Origin: Hypanus sabinus
Taxonomy: Eukaryota
NCBI RefSeq assembly: GCF_030144855.1
Contig: NC_082716.1
Span: forward strand, 33,356,001 to 33,420,000
DNA: 64,000 bases
Reading direction: 5' to 3'
Position 1 is the stretch's first letter; every line of letters begins with the position of its first letter. Shown one piece after another: positions 62,395-64,000 of this stretch. The notes beneath the pieces were generated by a model. That model saw nothing but the letters and a program-made list of their open reading frames with translations. It did no database searches and was not told where the DNA came from. Made by a program: the position numbers and the translations under genes.

Positions 62395-64000
62395 CTTGAA
62401 CTTTGTATTTGCTTCCACCACCACCCCAGGCAGTGCATGCCAGCCACCCACAACTTGCTGTGTGAAAATACTTGCCCCACACATTTTCATTAAACGTATG
62501 CATTAAATATATGTCCTGTGGTATTAGACATTTCAACCCTGATTGTCTATTTTGTCAATATCTTTCATAATCTCATAAACTTCTGTCAGATTTCCCCATA
62601 GCCCTCACTGTCCCAGAGTAACCAACCCAAGTCTGTCCAACCTCTCCTTATAGTATGTGACCTCTAATCTAGCTAGCATCATGGTAAACCTCTTCTCACT
62701 CTCTCCAAAGCCTCAACATCCTTACTATAATGCGGAAGATTTCTTTACCACCCTATCAACCTATGCGGCCTCTTTCAGAGAACTATGGACTTAAAGTCCA
62801 AGAACCCTCTGCAAATCCACACTGTTAAGGGTCTTGCCATTAACTGTGTACTTTGTCTTTATGTTTGATTTCTCAAACTGCAACACCTTACATTTTATGT
62901 TATTTTATTTAGATAGAGTGCGGAGTAGGCCCTTTCAGATCTTTGAGCCTTGCTGCCCAACAGTCTCTGATTTAACCCTTGCCTAATCATGGGACAATTT
63001 ACAACGATCAATTAACCTACCAACCTGTACGTCTTTGGACAGTGGGAGGAGCCCAGAGCGTCTGGAGGAGACCTGCGCAGTCACGGGGAGAATATACAAA
63101 CTTACAGGTAGCAGTGGTTTACTCCATCTGCCATTTCTCTGTCCATATCTGCAATTGATCCGTATCATGCTTCATTCTTTGCCAGCCTTGTACATTATAA
63201 TACCACCAATCTTTGTATTGTCTTCAAACATACTAACCCATCCATCTGCATCCTGGTCACACATATACTGTATATTTCAGAATCAGTAGTAAGTCCCAAT
63301 ACAGATCCCTGTGAAACACGACTGGTCACAGACCTCCAGCAAGAATTGTCCCATTGACGACTATCTCCTGTCTTCTATTGGCAAGCCAATTCTGTATCCA
63401 AACTGCCAATTTATTATGGATTCCATTCATCTTAATCTTCTGAATGAATCCGTCATGAGGGACCTTATCAAACATCTTACTAAAATCCATATAAGCAACA
63501 TCCACAGGCCTATTTTCATCAATTGCAACTTGCCTTGTGCCGAATTAGGCCATGGTTTTCAAAATGCTTAAGTCCAATCCCTATGAATCAGCTCCAATAA
63601 CTTCATTACCACTGGCGTGAGATGCAGCAGTCTATAGTTTACAGGAATACTCCATTTCTCTTCTTGAATAATGGAACAATATTAGCTACTTATTCATATT
63701 ACAGGACCTCACCCATGGTTAGAGAGGGTGAGAGGATATTGATGAACAATCACGTATCTTGCCTCGCCCAATAACTTGGGAATGTCATCATGCCCTGGGG
63801 ACTTATGTTCTTTATCTCAAAACACCCAAGCATATTAGCACTTCCACGTATAATTCCCTATTATCCATGTCATTCTCCTTGGTAAATCCTGATGCAAGGT
63901 ATTCATTTAGGATCACCCTCACATCCTTTGCCTCGAAGCACATGTTCCCTCCTATACCTCGAGTAGTTCTGCCATTCACCAGTTATCCCCTTGCTTTTGA
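62395..64000 (-). mobile_element. Decayed CR1 LINE with nested SINE (about 62900-63115)
   Basis: Minus-strand RT remnants (DVAYMDFSKMFDKVPH; FEDNTKIGG). Boundaries approximate. Confidence 0.7.

Overview
Eukaryotic vertebrate genomic DNA, repeat-rich, with two N gaps (10883-11024, 49531-49708). The repeat complement (CR1, Rex1/Babar, Penelope-like, V-SINE/HE1-like, Tigger, Tc1) suggests a cartilaginous fish, probably a ray; this is inference. Four spliced genes can be built by hand. (1) USP24 first coding exon on the minus strand (17603-17917); the rest of the gene lies left of the window. (2) A single-selenocysteine selenoprotein P paralogue (SELENOP2/SelPb-like, plus strand, 36463 to about 39705). 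Its first coding exon is absent from the ORF track because of an in-frame TGA at codon 59 (UxxC motif), and a well-formed type-2 SECIS lies at about 40391-40465. (3) A two-exon TEX38-like membrane-protein gene on the minus strand (50103 or 50229 to 45660). (4) A complete six-coding-exon DPH2 (plus strand, 51938-59217, 499 aa), head-to-head with the TEX38-like gene across a short shared promoter. The rest is mostly decayed, often nested transposable elements, several carrying degenerate Penelope-type minimal hammerhead ribozyme motifs. The most notable items are the UGA-recoding signals of the short selenoprotein (SECIS, possible SRE hairpin, overlapping UGA-terminated uORF, pre-SECIS AATAAA) and the deep TEX38 homologue. 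All identifications are from recalled homology and manual reading, not database searches. I see no clear evidence of a wholly new biological system.
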